Source: Blepharisma stoltei ATCC 30299
Lineage: Eukaryota; Protista; Ciliophora
Assembly: GCA_965603825.1 (NCBI GenBank)
Contig: CBFDEM010000062.1
Coordinates: 434,001 to 498,000, forward strand
DNA length: 64,000 nucleotides
Direction of reading: 5' to 3'
Shown here: positions 61,101-64,000 of the stretch, one piece after another
How positions within the stretch are numbered: the first letter of the stretch is position 1
How the letters are laid out: every line of letters begins with the position of its first letter
Made by a program: the position numbers and the translations under genes
Notes under the pieces: generated by a model
The model's input: only the letters and a program-made list of their open reading frames with translations
What the model was told of the DNA's origin: nothing
Databases searched by the model: none

Positions 61101-62186
61101 AATCTTAATTCCCCAGAACTGCCTAAAAAATGGTATTTTCCTTTTGACTGGGAAGCCAAGCGTCAAGCTGATATCCAGAAAGTCATAGAAGTCTTATCAT
61201 TAATTGATGAAAAAGTTGATATAGATCCTAAAACATTACCTGTTGGGCCTACACCCGTCCAAACCACTAGAAAAACTCGCAGAGTTAAAGGAAAAAAGCC
61301 AAAAGCAAGACCTCAAGCAGGAAATAAAAAACTCCAAGCAAGTGTAAGCCAAGGAAACTTCTTCAGTGATGAGTACCAAGATGAAGATTTAGAAGAAATT
61401 AATGAAAGACCTCAACTCACACAGAAGAAATACGCTGGGTCTACAGCGAATTTGAAAAAACTTTTAGACGAAGAAGATGAAAAGAGATTTAAAGAAATCA
61501 CTGATCCGAAGCCGCTAGCTAGTAAAAAATTGCCAAATATGAAAAGGCCTAAGGATATAAATTTCGAAGATATTAATAGAAAATTGACTTTGGACTCAAA
61601 AGTCCCGAAAAATGAAAAAGCTCTTATGTCTTCCATGAAAAGAAGCAGCAAAAATAAAGTAAGCAAAGAAGAGGAAGAAACAAAACAATCCAGGAAGCTT
61701 TCAGCTACTCAATCCAATACAAACTTAGCAGCAATTTCCAAACTAGGAGCCACAAAATCATCCTTAAAAACAGAGGTGCCGCTCTCTATGGACAAAGCAA
61801 TAAATGCAATGAACCAGCTAAAAAAACGGCGACCAATTTTAGGCTACAATAATGGAGGTCTTCCTATATCCAATGTCCATGAGCGAGTAGGAGGAGAAAT
61901 GAATAGAATTAGGCTTAATGCAATTAATAAACAAAACGAAATGAAACAAGATGTTAGATACCGACCAGGAGAATCAATTAGACTACTTAATAGAGCAATA
62001 TCAAGCCAAATTTTAGTCCAAACTTCTGTTCTATCGCCTTATACAGAGGATATTGAAACTCTTCAAAAGAAAAATGAAATTCTGAGGAAGCTGGGAGAGC
62101 CTTCCCTAAGCAAAAAAGCTGGGACAAGCTCTATGGCAGACCTACAGCCGGCAATTCAGCAAGTAAAGAAAAATGCTCAACAATAA
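58134..62186 (+). CDS. EF-hand + WD40 protein (WDR49/EFCAB8-like architecture), 1350 aa
   Basis: EF-hand 'LFQEIDINGDEHME(W)SEFTQYI' followed by many WD repeats. All six + strand fragments are in one frame via UGA. Confidence 0.85.
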
Positions 62187-62433
62187 TATTCTTAATAAAT
62201 ATATAAACAATTATTAAAGTTATCAAAATCTTCTTATTATATTTTGTTTTTAGTTTCCTATAAACTTGCGATTTTAATAATAATTCTTGATTTTATTAAA
62301 AGTTTTTTATTGATAGCAGTTATAAGGATAATTATATAAAATTGTATTTTATATTTTTATTAGATACTCTCTCTTACTTCAAGATACCAAAATAAAAAAC
62401 CATAAAAAAACTGATTAACTTATAAATCACATA

Positions 62434-64000
62434 ATGTCAGTTCATCCAGTCGACGGATCTATTACTGATCTTAGGGCCGAAGAATTCGAAAATTGCCCAA
62501 ATGAAGAGACTTTCCTAGACAAATTAGAGAAAAGAAAGCCATCAAGAAAATTTAGTTTGAAATCTCCGGATGTTGATAATGCAAGAAAAATCAGAGTTAA
62601 TTCAATTGAACAAAATGAAGCTTTCCCCTCAAATAAAGTACGAACTTCAAAATACTCAATCATTACGTGAGCACCTAAAAGCCTACTCTGACAATTCAGG
62701 AGGGTAGCAAATATTTATTTCTTAATTATTTCTATCTTATCGGCAATGCCGTTCTCTCCGAAAAATGCTTTTTCAACTGGTGCCACTTTTGCAGCAGTTC
62801 TTGTATTTACTATGATAAAAGAAGCTTATGAAGATTATTTTAGGCATAAGCAAGACAATGCAGTAAATAATATGGAGACTCACATTTTAAACAGAAAATA
62901 TAATAAATTTGAAAATGCCCATTGCAAAGATGTAAAGGTCGGTGATATTTTACAAATTAAGGATGGGGAAACTTTCCCAGCGGATTTAGTATTCATTTCT
63001 TCCAGTGATCCAAATGGGCTAGCTTTTGTAAACACAATGAATCTAGACGGAGAAACAAATCTAAAAGAAAGAATTGCATTAGAAAGCACTAAAATCTGCC
63101 AATCCCAATCAGACATTTCCTCTCTTTCCTGCGAAATCTGGTGCGATCAGCCCAATATTTCAATGGTGAAATGAAATTGCAATATAAAATTAACTGAGCA
63201 AGATTGAGAACCAATGAGTATGAAGCAACTGCTAATGAGAGGATGCGTATTAAAAAACGTTGAGTATATATATGGAATTGCTGTTTACACAGGCCATGAC
63301 ACAAAAATTATGCTTAACAGCAAAAAAGCTCCAAGCAAAGTTAGCAATGTTTTGAGGAAAATGAACAGGATTTTGTATACAGTTTTTGCATTCCAAATCG
63401 GAATTTGTGTTTTATTTGCTGGGCTAAGCATGACTTGGAACAAAGAAAATCTTGAAAAGCACGAATATCTGCATCAAAGTAGTTCATCTAGTGGATCAGC
63501 ATTTTTTATTCAAATTCTGACGTATTGGGTAGCTTACTCACACTTGATTCCTATTTCTTTATATGTTGCGCTTGAAGTGATAAAGTTACTTCTTGCTTAC
63601 TTGATTAATCAGGACCTTGAAATGTATTACGAAACTAACGACAAACCTGCGAATTGTCGATCGTCAGATTTAGTAGAAGAATTAGGACAGGTCGAATTCG
63701 TGTTTAGTGACAAAACAGGGACACTTACCTGCAACATCATGGAATTTAGAAAATGCTCTATCAATGGTGTAGTCTATGGAAATACAGGAAGCAAGTTTGG
63801 ACAACTTGATTCTCGTCCAACCTTAATTTTAGCAGACAAAGATCACAAAGAGCATAAAGCTGTCAGCGATTTCTTTAAACTCCTTGCAGTCTGCCACTCT
63901 GTATTCCCAGCAAAAGATAAACAAAACGGCGAAATTCATTATCAAGCCGCCTCACCGGATGAGCTCGCCCTTGTAGAATGCTCTTCATTTATAGGAATAA
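62434..64000 (+). CDS. P4-type ATPase (phospholipid flippase), 5' part; runs off the window
   Basis: NKVRTSKYSIIT(W)APKSLL(W)QFRRVANIYFL, NLDGETNLK, YTGHDTK, LIPISLYV, ELGQVEFVFSDKTGTLT, YQAASPDELALV. Confidence 0.95.

Overview
Gene-dense, AT-rich eukaryotic DNA from a heterotrich ciliate somatic (macronuclear) genome, most consistent with Blepharisma. UGA encodes Trp, every complete gene ends in UAA or UAG, and the only introns found are 15 nt (GTA...A10...TAG). The ORF track treats UGA as stop and therefore fragments most genes. Re-read with UGA=Trp and five 15-nt introns, the window resolves into about 39 tightly packed CDSs. They include AMPK-beta, an axonemal run (GAS8/DRC4-like, CFAP52, CCDC66-like, CFAP206), two stand-alone P4-ATPases, a 2126-aa P4-ATPase/guanylyl cyclase fusion, CDC5L, PTPA, NAXD, an importin-7/8-like protein and a Cys-rich surface protein with a putative GPI signal. 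The most unusual item is a kinesin whose hidden N-terminus (behind one intron and one UGA) closely resembles the NudE/NDE1 dynein-LIS1-binding coiled coil. No rRNA, tRNA, CRISPR array, telomere repeat or transposon was recognised. All homology calls are by eye, without database searches.
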